A stretch of 64,000 nt of DNA from Spirochaetae bacterium HGW-Spirochaetae-3 (GCA_002839315.1 PGXV01000004.1:98787-162786); one strand, 5' to 3'; shown: positions 37,567-47,112, counted from the stretch's first letter. Notes: a model not told the origin generated them from the letters alone. Numbers and translations are program-made.

Positions 37567-38719
37567 TAAAATCCTTACCGAGTATGATGACGAAATCCGC
37601 AGGACTGGCGCTCGGAATCGCCTCCTCTTCCACGATGCCGCAGCGTATCACGTTCGCCACGGTCGTGGCGGCGTCGCGATCGCCGTAGCGATCGACGACG
37701 CTCGTCCTGACGACGTCGACCGACGGGGCGTTCCCGACGGATACGACCTCGTAGCCGAAACTCTGAAATATCTCCGCGGTATTCTGGGCTAAGCCGCGTA
37801 CGGAGGTCCCGTTCAGGATTTCCAGCGTAAAGACTTTTTCCGCTATGGCCGTGTCATCGGCGTTGAGCAACGCGTTAAGCGATTGCTTCACGATATCCTT
37901 TACGAGTTCGCCGTCGTAGTGGGGGAAGAGGAGCATCTTGCCCTCCACGGAACGATAGGCGCCGGTCAGGCGTTGCAGCACTATCCTATCCGCCTCCAGG
38001 CGGCCGAATTCATATAGTAGCCTCTTGAGCGATTCCTGCTTGAGGTTCGTCTTGAACAGCCGCTGCACGGCGGGATAGACGTCGTCCCTCATGACGAACG
38101 CCGAACGCTCTACCAGGCGACGCAGCATCGCCTGGTAGAGCGCCTGGCGCTTCGATACCAGCTCCGAGTCCGTGACGTCCGGATCCCGGTAGTTCGCGTA
38201 CACCAGCGCCTTCTGGCCGTCGAGCAGCACGAAACCCGAGGGCAGGGAGACGGGTACGTCGTCCACTACCTTGGAGACGCGATTAGGCAGGAAGACGGAG
38301 ATGCCGTCCAGCAGGTCGATAAGCGCGGACAGGGACGATTCGTTCAGGAGGAGGTACCAGTCGATGGTCGCGCCAGTCAAGCGCTGGATCTCCTCGAGGT
38401 AGGCCTTGGGGGAACCGGGCTCATACAGCACGTCGATACTGTCGACGCGATTCAGCGACTTTATGATGAGACCGGTCTCGGAAGGCACGTCGAGCAACGC
38501 CGCGCGAGCGTTTCCCGGGTAGTACATCAATAGCTCGGTGGCGGCCGGCTTCCCGTTCCGCTCGAATATGATGGCGACGTTGATGATACGTTCCGCCTTG
38601 ACCGCTTCCTCGACCGGGTCGGTACGTAGCGCGGAGACCATGACGATTACCGCGACGACGATCATGGCTACGATCGAGGCGAGGAATACGATGCTCTTGT
38701 CGATTATCGAACGGGCCAT
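37544..38719 (-). CDS. LytR-CpsA-Psr (LCP) domain protein with C-terminal LytR_C domain
   Basis: 391 aa. N-terminal TM anchor, an LCP-like core (LLLNESSLSALIDLLDGISVFLP) and LytR_C (LEILNGTSVRGLAQNTAEIFQSFGYEVVSVGNA). Overlaps yqeK by 16 nt and rsfS by 23 nt. Confidence 0.7.
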   Translation of the reverse strand: MARSIIDKSIVFLASIVAMIVVAVIVMVSALRTDPVEEAVKAERIINVAIIFERNGKPAATELLMYYPGNARAALLDVPSETGLIIKSLNRVDSIDVLYEPGSPKAYLEEIQRLTGATIDWYLLLNESSLSALIDLLDGISVFLPNRVSKVVDDVPVSLPSGFVLLDGQKALVYANYRDPDVTDSELVSKRQALYQAMLRRLVERSAFVMRDDVYPAVQRLFKTNLKQESLKRLLYEFGRLEADRIVLQRLTGAYRSVEGKMLLFPHYDGELVKDIVKQSLNALLNADDTAIAEKVFTLEILNGTSVRGLAQNTAEIFQSFGYEVVSVGNAPSVDVVRTSVVDRYGDRDAATTVANVIRCGIVEEEAIPSASPADFVIILGKDFNGRNCVD

Positions 38720-39345
38720 TCGCGTACGCTCTTTCCGCTCAGGCTATTGTAAAGGACCAGCGTCGTGTCGGCTACGGGGCGGCCATCCTCGGCGACGATT
38801 CGGTCGAGCATCGCCTCGATGGTCGCCGTCGCCAAGCGGACGAGGCCGCCATCCCCGTCGAAACGTCCTTCATCGATCCCGAGCCGAATAGTCGAAGCCC
38901 AATCCCTTCGGCTGGGCTCTATCTTATCGGCTATGTAGACGGCCAGGGCGACAGGCCCCATGCCGGACTTTCCGAAGGTATGATACGCGACGGCCTCAAG
39001 CACGGCCGGGTCGGTCGACAGGCCCTCGCGCGCGAGCAGGACCGCGGCCGCCGGCCCATGCGGCAGCCTCGGATTGCTGAAGACGGACTCCGGCAACGGG
39101 CCGTCGAAGCTCCTCGCCAGCTCTATCTGCGTGTGTATCTCCGACTGCTTGCACAGGTCATGGGCGAGCCCCGCCAGGTATCCAGAATCCGCGTCGTATC
39201 CGTAGCGCTCGCATAGCGCCGAGGCGGTTTCCGCGGCGCCGACGCAATGCCTGTAGCGCCTGCCGTCTAGGCGCTGCTCAGCCAAGGCGCGGACCCGGGC
39301 GACGGCCGGGCCGGCGTCAGGCCTCGACATAGATTCCGCGTTCAT
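38704..39345 (-). CDS. yqeK: HD-domain bis(5'-nucleosyl)-tetraphosphatase YqeK
   Basis: 213 aa. RYRHCVGAAE...GLAHDLCK HD motifs, downstream of nadD as in Firmicutes. Confidence 0.82.
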   Translation of the reverse strand: MNAESMSRPDAGPAVARVRALAEQRLDGRRYRHCVGAAETASALCERYGYDADSGYLAGLAHDLCKQSEIHTQIELARSFDGPLPESVFSNPRLPHGPAAAVLLAREGLSTDPAVLEAVAYHTFGKSGMGPVALAVYIADKIEPSRRDWASTIRLGIDEGRFDGDGGLVRLATATIEAMLDRIVAEDGRPVADTTLVLYNSLSGKSVREWPVR

Positions 39346-39889
39346 CGATATACCTGTAAACCGCGGCTGGAACCAAGCGTCTCCAAGGCCTTCCCGACGC
39401 TATCCTGGCCCTGATATCGGTAGACGATATCGGCAGGAGCATATTGTGCGCCGCGCGGTACGGGTACGCCATATCGAACGGCTCTCCGCTACGCCTGGCG
39501 ACTATCAGGTCGGCCCGCTCGCAGATAGCCGACGGGTTCCGCCACGCCCCGAAGCCCGCGACGAGGTCGTCGCCTATGGCGAGGCCGGGCTTCCCTTCGG
39601 GCGAGTACTCCTCGACGATACGGTCGAGCGTATCCACCGTATATGAAAGCCCGCCCCGCTCGATCTCGCACGCGTTGACGATAATCGCGGGATCGCCCTC
39701 TACCGCCGCTTCGACCATCCCCAGCCTGACGGACGGACCGGGGTCGTCCGCGTTGGCTTTGTGGGGCGGGATGAAGGACGGCACGAGCACGACCCTGTCA
39801 TACCCGAACTCGGCGGCCAATTCCTCGGCCAGCATGAGATGGCCTATATGCGGAGGATTGAAGGTACCGCCGAGCACGAGGAGCCTCAT
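39317..39889 (-). CDS. nadD: Nicotinate-nucleotide adenylyltransferase
   Basis: 190 aa. GGTFNPPHIGHL and ISSTDIRARI motifs. Confidence 0.92.
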   Translation of the reverse strand: MRLLVLGGTFNPPHIGHLMLAEELAAEFGYDRVVLVPSFIPPHKANADDPGPSVRLGMVEAAVEGDPAIIVNACEIERGGLSYTVDTLDRIVEEYSPEGKPGLAIGDDLVAGFGAWRNPSAICERADLIVARRSGEPFDMAYPYRAAHNMLLPISSTDIRARIASGRPWRRLVPAAVYRYIDERGIYVEA

Positions 39890-40917
39890 ATCGCGGCGCC
39901 GGTCCAGGGATCACGTTCTCCTGGCTTCTCGGCCGCTAGCACGAACGCCAGGAAATCTCGTGAAAGCGACTCAAGGCCCTCTCCCGAGAACGTAGAAATT
40001 CCTACGACGCGCTCGTCGGGAAGAGCCGCCGCCAATTCCTCGAGGCGGCCCGTCGTCTCCGGCAGATCGAGCTTCGTACCGATGACGATACGAGGTTTCG
40101 AGACCAGCTCCTCGGAGAATCCGGCCAGCTCGGAGAGCAGGACGCGGAACGAGTCCAGGAACTTATCGTCCGACAGGTCGATGAGGAACGCGAGCGCGGC
40201 AGTCCTCGATATGTGCTTCAGGAAGCGTATGCCGAGGCCCGCGCCGTCGTGGGCGCCCTCTATGATGCCGGGGATGTCAGCCAGGATGATATCCCTGTCG
40301 GCTATGGTAAGGACGCCGAGGTTGGGGATCTTGGTCGTGAACGGATACGGGGCGATCTTGGGACGAGCGTTGGTGAACCGGTCGAGGAGGCTCGACTTGC
40401 CGGCGTTCGGGAAGCCTACGAAGCCTATATCGGCCATCAACTGTAGCTCGACGTGCAGCTCGACGCTTTCACCGGGCTTGCCGGGCAAGGCGTTCCGGGG
40501 CGCCTGATTGACGCTCGACTTGAAATGCACGTTGCCCCATCCGCCGTTCCCGCCCCGCAGGAACACCCATCGCCCCTCGGCCGACTTGCCGAAGTCCTTG
40601 AGCGCCTCGCCGGTCTCGGCGTTCTTGATAACGGTACCCGGCGGTACGGGAATTATAACGTCCTCGCCATCCGCTCCGTGCTTGTTGCGGCCCATGCCGT
40701 CCTGTCCGCTCTGCGCCCTGTAATGCTTGGCGTACCGGATATGTACAAGGGTTCGCAGATTGCGGCGCACCTCGAACACGACGTCTCCGCCGCGCCCTCC
40801 GTCGCCGCCGGCGGGTCCGCCTAACGGCACGTGCGCCTCGCGCCTGAACGCGACGCACCCGTTACCCCCGTTGCCCGAGGATACGGTAATGGTCGTTTCG
40901 TCGGCGAAATGAATCAT
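39886..40917 (-). CDS. obg: GTPase Obg/CgtA
   Basis: 343 aa. Gly-rich Obg fold (SGNGGNGCVAFRRE..GGPAGGDGGRGGDV) and G domain (GFPNAGKSSLL, DIPGIIEGA, TKLD). Confidence 0.95.
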   Translation of the reverse strand: MIHFADETTITVSSGNGGNGCVAFRREAHVPLGGPAGGDGGRGGDVVFEVRRNLRTLVHIRYAKHYRAQSGQDGMGRNKHGADGEDVIIPVPPGTVIKNAETGEALKDFGKSAEGRWVFLRGGNGGWGNVHFKSSVNQAPRNALPGKPGESVELHVELQLMADIGFVGFPNAGKSSLLDRFTNARPKIAPYPFTTKIPNLGVLTIADRDIILADIPGIIEGAHDGAGLGIRFLKHISRTAALAFLIDLSDDKFLDSFRVLLSELAGFSEELVSKPRIVIGTKLDLPETTGRLEELAAALPDERVVGISTFSGEGLESLSRDFLAFVLAAEKPGERDPWTGAAI

Positions 40918-40942
40918 CGTTCCACCCTATTCTTCCGTATAG

Positions 40943-40982
40943 AAAAAAATACCGCCGCTCGGCACGGGCCGGACGCGGCGGC
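40943..40982 (-). terminator. Intrinsic terminator/attenuator between rpmA and obg
   Basis: The minus strand reads GCCGCCGC-16 nt loop-GCGGCGGT followed by ATTTTTTTC. Only ~25 nt then precede the obg ATG. Confidence 0.6.
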
Positions 40983-41058
40983 TATGAGCGAGGCGCGAAC
41001 GTCGCTTCGCAGAATCATGCTATCACGCATGTACCCGCCGCGGATGCGCGGCGGTCGG

Positions 41059-41301
41059 TCAAGCCTGGACGGGCTCGATACCGGCGTACTTGCGCCCGCG
41101 GTACTCTTTGAACACGACGCGGCCGTCGGCGAGAGCGAAAAGCGTATCGTCCTTGCCCTTGCCGACGTTCTCGCCGGGATGGATCTTCGTCCCGCGCTGG
41201 CGGACGATGATGGAGCCGGCCCGGACGGTCTCGTTCCCGTACGCCTTGACGCCGAGATGCTGGGCATTGGAATCGCGACCGTTTACACCCTTGTGTGGCA
41301 T
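41059..41301 (-). CDS. rpmA: 50S ribosomal protein L27 (short N-terminus, no propeptide)
   Basis: 80 aa: [52 protein letters not shown] upstream. An in-frame TAG 24 nt upstream of the ATG excludes an N-terminal extension. Confidence 0.92.
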   Translation of the reverse strand: MPHKGVNGRDSNAQHLGVKAYGNETVRAGSIIVRQRGTKIHPGENVGKGKDDTLFALADGRVVFKEYRGRKYAGIEPVQA

Positions 41302-41314
41302 ATAAGTACCTCCG

Positions 41315-41656
41315 TTAGCTTTCTATCTTCAGATCGATAAGGCCTGGATACTCGCGCTCTACGCTCGATAATCCGATGGCCAAAAAATCGCCGACGCCCT
41401 TGAGCCGCTCGACGGAGCCGGGCGGATACCGCCCGACTTCAAAACTCAATTGACCGGGAGCGGGCGCGCTGCCTCTGGCGACGACGCCGTCATAGCCGGA
41501 TACGGTCTCGAATGCAGTCCGTAGCAGCACGGTAACCGCCGCGCAGGCCGCGTTGGCGCCCCGCGGTTCGGCGCCGGCATGTCCGCTGGCCTCGGCGCCC
41601 TTGATGACGCCGTCAGGCCAGAACGACAGTCGGACGCTGACCCGGTCAGGCCCCAA
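41315..41656 (-). CDS. prp: Prp-like ribosomal-processing cysteine protease homolog (DUF464)
   Basis: ~113 aa from a TTG at 41656 (L69 of track ORF 41315..41860) that overlaps the rplU stop. Reads ..[38 protein letters not shown].., keeping the His...Cys dyad spacing of Prp. Sits in the classical position between rplU and rpmA. Confidence 0.7.
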   Translation of the reverse strand: MGPDRVSVRLSFWPDGVIKGAEASGHAGAEPRGANAACAAVTVLLRTAFETVSGYDGVVARGSAPAPGQLSFEVGRYPPGSVERLKGVGDFLAIGLSSVEREYPGLIDLKIES

Positions 41657-41957
41657 CGATATCCTCGACCGTAAGGAGCGTGTACCGCTGCCTATGGCCC
41701 TGGGTCCTGCGGTAGTCCTTCTTGGACTTGTACTTGAAGACGATGACCTTATCGCCCTTCTCCTGGGCCTTGATCGTCGCCTTGACCTGAGCGCCCTTGA
41801 CGTACGGAGCGCCGATCTTGATCGTATCGCCTGACACGAGCAAAACCGAATCGATGGCAACCGGGGTTCCGGCGTCGCCGTCCATGCGATCCACGCGGAT
41901 AACGGCGCCCTTCTCGGCGCGGTACTGCTTGCCTTGAACTTCTACGACTGCGTACAT
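41646..41957 (-). CDS. rplU: 50S ribosomal protein L21
   Basis: 103 aa: MYAVVEVQGKQYRAEKGAVIRVD...VFKYKSKKDYRRTQGHRQRYT. Confidence 0.95.
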   Translation of the reverse strand: MYAVVEVQGKQYRAEKGAVIRVDRMDGDAGTPVAIDSVLLVSGDTIKIGAPYVKGAQVKATIKAQEKGDKVIVFKYKSKKDYRRTQGHRQRYTLLTVEDIVGA

Positions 41958-42086
41958 CCTGTCAACCTCTTATGTTTCGTATGCCGAGGCCTAAGGACGT
42001 TGCAGTCCTTGATCGGCCGACGCGTACAGTGATCATGGCCATGGAACGGCCTTAGCGGCGCCAAAAATATAGCGAACCAGCGCGAT

Positions 42087-42116
42087 TTTATACTACGCAT
42101 GCCGCGCCAGTGTCAA
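42087..42116 (-). promoter_or_regulatory. Sigma70-type promoter (TTGACA-N18-TATAAA) and ~120-nt leader of the rplU-prp-rpmA operon
   Basis: The minus strand reads TTGACActggcgcggcatgcgtagTATAAAat. The leader contains hairpins GGCCgttccatGGCC and AAGGACtgcaacGTCCTT. This may be a ribosomal-protein leader. Confidence 0.55.
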
Positions 42117-42134
42117 CCGAAGCTATGTAAACCC

Positions 42135-43889
42135 TTACATCGCCTCGAGGAACGGTATGCACAGGAGTTCGAGCCCGTTCTTGAGCACGACGAGCACCGC
42201 CTCGGACAAGGCTAGTCGCGTGGCCGCCAGGTCCGGGTCGTCGCAGGTCAGTATCGGCTCGTCATGGTAGAATTTGGAGAAAGCCGCCGCCGTCGCGTAC
42301 AGATGGGCCGCGATGATAGCCGGGTTGTACTCGGCGCCGGCCTGCTCCACCGCCTCGGGATAGGTAGCGACGAGACGGACTAGTTCCCACTCCGAATCGG
42401 CTGTCAGCAGCTCCGGCCTGATCGATCCCGCTCCCGCCTTGCCCTCTCCCTTGTCGCGCTTGCGGATCAGGCTGGAAATACGGGCGCCCATGTACTGGAT
42501 ATAGGGGCCGGTATTGCCGTTGAACGACAGCGACTCCTTGGGGTTGAATATCATGTCCTTGGAAGGGGTAGCCTGAGCCAGATAGTAGTGCACGGCGCCG
42601 AGCGCTATCTTCTCGGCGGTCTCCATGGGATTCTCGACGGCGTCCTCGCGCCCCTTGGCCTGTATCTCCTCCATCGCGAGTTCCCTCAGCGAATCGAGCA
42701 GGGCGTCGGCGTCGACGACCGTTCCTTCCCTGGTCTTCATCCTGCCCTCGGGCAGGTTAACGAGGCCGTAGGACAGGTGATACAGGTTCTTGGCCCACTC
42801 GTAGCCGAGGCTCTTGAGGATATGGAACAGCACCTTGAAGTGGTACTGCTGCTCGTTGGCGACGACGTAGACGAGCCTGTCGAAGGGCCAATCGACGTGC
42901 CTGTGTATCGCGAGCCCTATATCCTGGGTCATGTATATCGACGTGCCGTCCTTACGCAAGAGGACCTTCTCCTCGAGTCCGATAGGCGACAGGTCGATGC
43001 GTACCGAGCCGTCCTCGGCCTTGAAGAACGCGCCCGAGGCGAGGCCCTTCTGGACCTCCTCCTTGCCCGTCATGTATATCTGGCTCTCGTAGTAGTACTT
43101 ATCGAAGGAGATGCCGGTACGCTCGTAGGTCCGTCGTATGCCGCCTACGGCCCACTCGTTCATCTTCTTCCACAGGGCGATCGTGTCGGCATCCCCGGCT
43201 TCCCACTTGACGAGGAGCTCCTGCGCCTTCTCCTCCGCCTGCGGATCGTCCTTCTTGAGGTCGTTGAATTTCACGTAGTAGTCGCCGACGAAGTGGTCGC
43301 TCTTCTTGCCCTCGTCCTCGGGAGTCCTTCCGCCGCCGTATACCATGTAGGACAGCATCGACTTGCAGATATGCACGCCGCGGTCGTTGACGAGGTTGAT
43401 CTTCATGACCTCCGCGCCGTTGGCCCGTAATATCCGCGAAGTGCTCTCACCGAGCGCGTCGTTGCGCAGGTGGCCGAGGTGGAGGGGCTTGTTCGTATTG
43501 GGACTGGAGAACTCGACCATTATCCTGGAGCCCGAAAGCGACGACGAGCGGCCGTAGGACTGCCCGGCGGTTCTCGCGGCGATCGACGCGGCCGCGATGG
43601 ACGGGCGATCGAGGAACACGTTCAGGTAGGGTCCCACGGCCTTGGCGGTTCCCGCGGGCGTCGATCCAGCCGACAGGCGCGAGGCTACCGCGGCGGCTAT
43701 CTGCGGCGGTCCCATCCGGAGAGCCTTGGCGAACGGGAACATCGGGAATCCTATATCTCCCATGGAGGCGTCGGGCGGGCTCTCCGGGATCACGGACGCG
43801 GCCAGGCCTGCGTCTGCGCCTTTTTCCGCTAGAATATCGACGACGGCGGCGCTTACGGCCGCTTTCCAGGCTTCTTTTACGGATCTCAC
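42135..43889 (-). CDS. argS: Arginine--tRNA ligase
   Basis: 584 aa. HIGH-type motif NKPLHLGHLRN and a C-terminal DALR anticodon-binding domain. GTG start with AGGAG upstream. Confidence 0.95.
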   Translation of the reverse strand: MRSVKEAWKAAVSAAVVDILAEKGADAGLAASVIPESPPDASMGDIGFPMFPFAKALRMGPPQIAAAVASRLSAGSTPAGTAKAVGPYLNVFLDRPSIAAASIAARTAGQSYGRSSSLSGSRIMVEFSSPNTNKPLHLGHLRNDALGESTSRILRANGAEVMKINLVNDRGVHICKSMLSYMVYGGGRTPEDEGKKSDHFVGDYYVKFNDLKKDDPQAEEKAQELLVKWEAGDADTIALWKKMNEWAVGGIRRTYERTGISFDKYYYESQIYMTGKEEVQKGLASGAFFKAEDGSVRIDLSPIGLEEKVLLRKDGTSIYMTQDIGLAIHRHVDWPFDRLVYVVANEQQYHFKVLFHILKSLGYEWAKNLYHLSYGLVNLPEGRMKTREGTVVDADALLDSLRELAMEEIQAKGREDAVENPMETAEKIALGAVHYYLAQATPSKDMIFNPKESLSFNGNTGPYIQYMGARISSLIRKRDKGEGKAGAGSIRPELLTADSEWELVRLVATYPEAVEQAGAEYNPAIIAAHLYATAAAFSKFYHDEPILTCDDPDLAATRLALSEAVLVVLKNGLELLCIPFLEAM

Positions 43890-43992
43890 GGTATGCTCCT
43901 ACGGAATTGACGGCCGACCGCGGGATCGGCGCGCTACTGATGCCGCCAGTGTATCGAATAGACCGCGTCGTTTCAACGAGGCCGGGAGGTCG

Positions 43993-44400
43993 CTAGGCAG
44001 GAGACGCCTCGGGGCCTACGCAGGCGCCGACGGCCGCGAAGAGTTCGTCCCTGTTCCACGGCTTCTGCAGGACCGCGTAGGCGCCGGCCTCATCGATAGT
44101 GCGCTCGATGGAGCGAGGGTCGGCGTGCCCCGTGACCATGATGGTCTTGATAGTCGGATAGAGGGAACGAATCCGCATGAGGAAATCGTCGCCTCTCATG
44201 CCGGGCATGAGCCAGTCGGAGATTACGAGGCTAACCATGACTCCGTCCTTGGCAAGCGCGTCGATGATCCTGAGCCCTTCTATCGCGTCGAGGGCGGTCT
44301 CGAACCTGAACCTATCCTTGAAATAGGTCTTGAGCTCGCGTTTCATCGCTATAAGTATGATGGCCTCGTCGTCGACGCACAGGATCGTCTCGTTTTTCAT
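43993..44400 (-). CDS. Stand-alone response regulator receiver protein
   Basis: 135 aa: ILCVDDEAIIL...VISDWLMPGMRG...LQKPW. Confidence 0.85.
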   Translation of the reverse strand: MKNETILCVDDEAIILIAMKRELKTYFKDRFRFETALDAIEGLRIIDALAKDGVMVSLVISDWLMPGMRGDDFLMRIRSLYPTIKTIMVTGHADPRSIERTIDEAGAYAVLQKPWNRDELFAAVGACVGPEASPA

Positions 44401-45968
44401 CTACCCATGTCTCCATCTGGCCGACCGGGCAAGTAAACGGCGAAGACCGTTCGGCCTGGGATGCTTTCAAAGGATATCGTACCGCCGTGAGTATCGATGA
44501 TTCGCCGACAAATGTCCAAGCCGAGCCCCTTGCCCTCTTCTTGCGCCTTGGTCGAAAAGAACGGGTCGAAGAGCCGGTCGCGAATAGCGGGATCGACGCC
44601 CGCGCCATCGTCCTCGACCGAGACGACGGCGCCCGAGCCGTCGGAGCGTGCCCTGACCGTGACCCGGCCGGCCTTTCCCGCAGCGAAAAGGGCGTTCTTG
44701 ACGAGGTTCTCCCATACAAGGTCGAGCCGTTCAGGATCTCCATAGGCCCGCAATCCCTCCTCGAGTTCGAGAGCCACTGGACAGGTTCCTGATGATCCGT
44801 AATCCGCGCAACGCTGGAGACGGCCGACGATGTCGAATTCGACCAGGGCCGATTCGTCAGGCCTGGCGAGCTCTAGATAGGCGTTCAGCGACCGTACCAC
44901 GTCCGCCGATCGCCGTGCCGCCTTGGCCGCGAGCGTAGACGAACCGAACATCGAGCCGAGCACCCACGCCACGCCCACGGCATCGGCTCCGCCGGGGCCG
45001 GCGACGAGCGCGACGTCCTCGTCGCCGAGATCGGCCGCGCCGAGATCGCACAGGTCGTCGGCGAGCTCGTAGGGTTCGGCGTAGCCCGCCGAGGCCAGAC
45101 GATCCGCAAGCGCGTCTCGCCGCGCCTTGCCGTAATAGGGTATGTCCGCCGGCCTGGACAGTATGCGGTCGACTAGTTTTGCATGGGGATCCGCTAGCGA
45201 CCGGAACCTTGATATGGCCCGGACCGCTTCGTCGCGCATCGAGGCGAGTTGTCCGGCGGCCGACTCGGTAGCCGCGAGCGGGCTATTGAGCTCGTGGGCT
45301 ATCGCGGCGAGCACGCGGCCGACCGAAACCTGGTAGCGCGTCTGGACGAGCCGTTCCTGGGTATTGCGGAGATCGGCGAGGGCGCGCTCGAGCGCCTTGC
45401 GCCTGGCTTCGAGCTCGTCGTTGAGGCGCCGCAGATCGTAGGTACGGGATTCGACGATGCGCTCCAGGTCCTCGTTGATGGTCAGCAACGCCTGCTCGGC
45501 CTTCTTCTGCTCGCTGACGTCGATATTTACGCCCGCTACGCCCGAGCTTACACCGTCTATCAGGATCGGCGACAGGATAGTCAGCATCCAGCGCGGCCCG
45601 TTCGCGGTTTCTACGGCACGGACCCGTTGTTGGGTCGTACCTTCGCCGGCTATGCGCAAATCATCCAGAAAACCCGCTTTCATCGCTGGATCGATATCGA
45701 CGTCCTCTGGTCGTAGCCCTTGTACCTCGCCGAAATTACGCCTGTACGATTCGTTGGACAGGAGGAACGTGCCGTCTGCGCCGATGAGGTACATGTCGAA
45801 CGGCACCGCCTCGAACATGGTACGCAACCTCGCCTCGCTCTCGACGAGATGTCGTTCCGCGGCCTTGTATTCCGGGTAATGGCTCTTTACCGAGAACGAA
45901 TCGCCGAGCCCCAGGAGCTTTTGGTACATCTCGTCGAGATCGCCCTGACCGTCAGAGTGACCGTTCAT
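44397..45968 (-). CDS. Cytoplasmic PAS sensor histidine kinase
   Basis: 523 aa with no TM segment. PAS region (RLRTMFEAVPFDMYLIGADG), H-box AAIAHELNSPL, and ATPase domain (VEDDGAGV..GKGLGLDICRRI). 4-nt overlap with the response regulator gene. Confidence 0.85.
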   Translation of the reverse strand: MNGHSDGQGDLDEMYQKLLGLGDSFSVKSHYPEYKAAERHLVESEARLRTMFEAVPFDMYLIGADGTFLLSNESYRRNFGEVQGLRPEDVDIDPAMKAGFLDDLRIAGEGTTQQRVRAVETANGPRWMLTILSPILIDGVSSGVAGVNIDVSEQKKAEQALLTINEDLERIVESRTYDLRRLNDELEARRKALERALADLRNTQERLVQTRYQVSVGRVLAAIAHELNSPLAATESAAGQLASMRDEAVRAISRFRSLADPHAKLVDRILSRPADIPYYGKARRDALADRLASAGYAEPYELADDLCDLGAADLGDEDVALVAGPGGADAVGVAWVLGSMFGSSTLAAKAARRSADVVRSLNAYLELARPDESALVEFDIVGRLQRCADYGSSGTCPVALELEEGLRAYGDPERLDLVWENLVKNALFAAGKAGRVTVRARSDGSGAVVSVEDDGAGVDPAIRDRLFDPFFSTKAQEEGKGLGLDICRRIIDTHGGTISFESIPGRTVFAVYLPGRPDGDMGR

Positions 45969-47112
45969 AGATCTTCTCGATATCGTCAGCGGAGAGCCGT
46001 ACCGGGTTGGTCACGAGGCAGGCGTCGCGGGCCGCGAATCCGGCGAGCCTCGGCAGGTCGGACGCGACGGCGCCTATATTCGCGAGGCCGGGCACCACCC
46101 CGACGGCCGCCCTGAGGGCGCGTACCCTCTCGAGCACGCAAGCCTTGGCGCCCGTCGACGCGACTTCGTCCGGGCTCGCGCCCAGATCGAGCGCGAGCTC
46201 TGAGTAGCGCTCCGCGGCCGCTTCGAAGTTAACCTCGATGCCGGCGTCGAGGAGCAACGCGTTGCACAGGCCGTGCGGCGCGTCCAGGAGGCCTCCGAGC
46301 GCGTGGGCCATCGCGTGAACGACGCCGAGGCCGGCGTTCGAGAAGGCGCGACCCGCGAGCATGCTCGCCAGAGCCATCGCTCCCCTCGCATCCTCGTCGC
46401 CCGGATCTACGATAAGCCGTTCCAGGTTCTTCGCTATAAGACGTACTGCCTGACGCGCGTCCAGGTCGGTGAGCGCCGAGGACGCGGAGGAAACGTACGC
46501 CTCGAAGGCGTGGGTCAGCGCGTCCATACCGGTCGCCGCCGCGAGATCCGTGGGCACGGTAGAAAGCAGCCGCGGATCGACGAGGGCCGCGTCGGGTACC
46601 ATCTTGGGGCTGACTATGGCTATCTTGACGTGCCTGAACACGTCATTGATGATGGCGAACCTTGATACCTCGGAGCCGGTTCCGGCGGTGGAAGCGACGC
46701 ATACCAGGGGAGGGCCGGGCACGGCTATCTTGTCTACGCCCTCGAAAGTCCTCACGTCCGCGCCGTTCGCCGCCGATGCGGCTATGCCCTTAGCCGCGTC
46801 CATCGGGCTACCGCCGCCGACGACGATGATGGCGTCGCAGCGTCCGTCCTTGAACGCCTCCACGCCGCGGTCCACCTCCGTACAACGCGGATTGGGGCTC
46901 ACGTCAAAGAAGGACAGCGGGCTGAGGCCCTCGGCGCGGCAGGACTCGATGACCGATTCGGTCCAACCCGCGGCTACGAGGCCCGGATCGCTGACGACGA
47001 GCGGCCTGGTAGCGCCGAGGTTCCTGGCATAGCGCCCGGCCAACGTCGAGGCGCCCTCTCCGAACACCGACTCGGGGACGACGTACTTACGCATGGGATA
47101 CGTCTGGCTCAT
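45952..47112 (-). CDS. Iron-containing (group III) alcohol dehydrogenase
   Basis: 386 aa. GGGSPMDAAK NAD-binding motif and His-rich metal site (THAFEAY..VVHAMAHALGG..HG). 17-nt overlap with the histidine kinase gene. Confidence 0.88.
   Translation of the reverse strand: MSQTYPMRKYVVPESVFGEGASTLAGRYARNLGATRPLVVSDPGLVAAGWTESVIESCRAEGLSPLSFFDVSPNPRCTEVDRGVEAFKDGRCDAIIVVGGGSPMDAAKGIAASAANGADVRTFEGVDKIAVPGPPLVCVASTAGTGSEVSRFAIINDVFRHVKIAIVSPKMVPDAALVDPRLLSTVPTDLAAATGMDALTHAFEAYVSSASSALTDLDARQAVRLIAKNLERLIVDPGDEDARGAMALASMLAGRAFSNAGLGVVHAMAHALGGLLDAPHGLCNALLLDAGIEVNFEAAAERYSELALDLGASPDEVASTGAKACVLERVRALRAAVGVVPGLANIGAVASDLPRLAGFAARDACLVTNPVRLSADDIEKIYERSL

Noticed and set aside
40918-41058. Possible small ORF or sRNA between obg and rpmA
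   Set aside because: The region is fully accounted for by two GC-rich hairpins, one with a U tract, acting as a terminator or attenuator. The 117-aa and 169-aa track ORFs here are low-complexity shadow frames.
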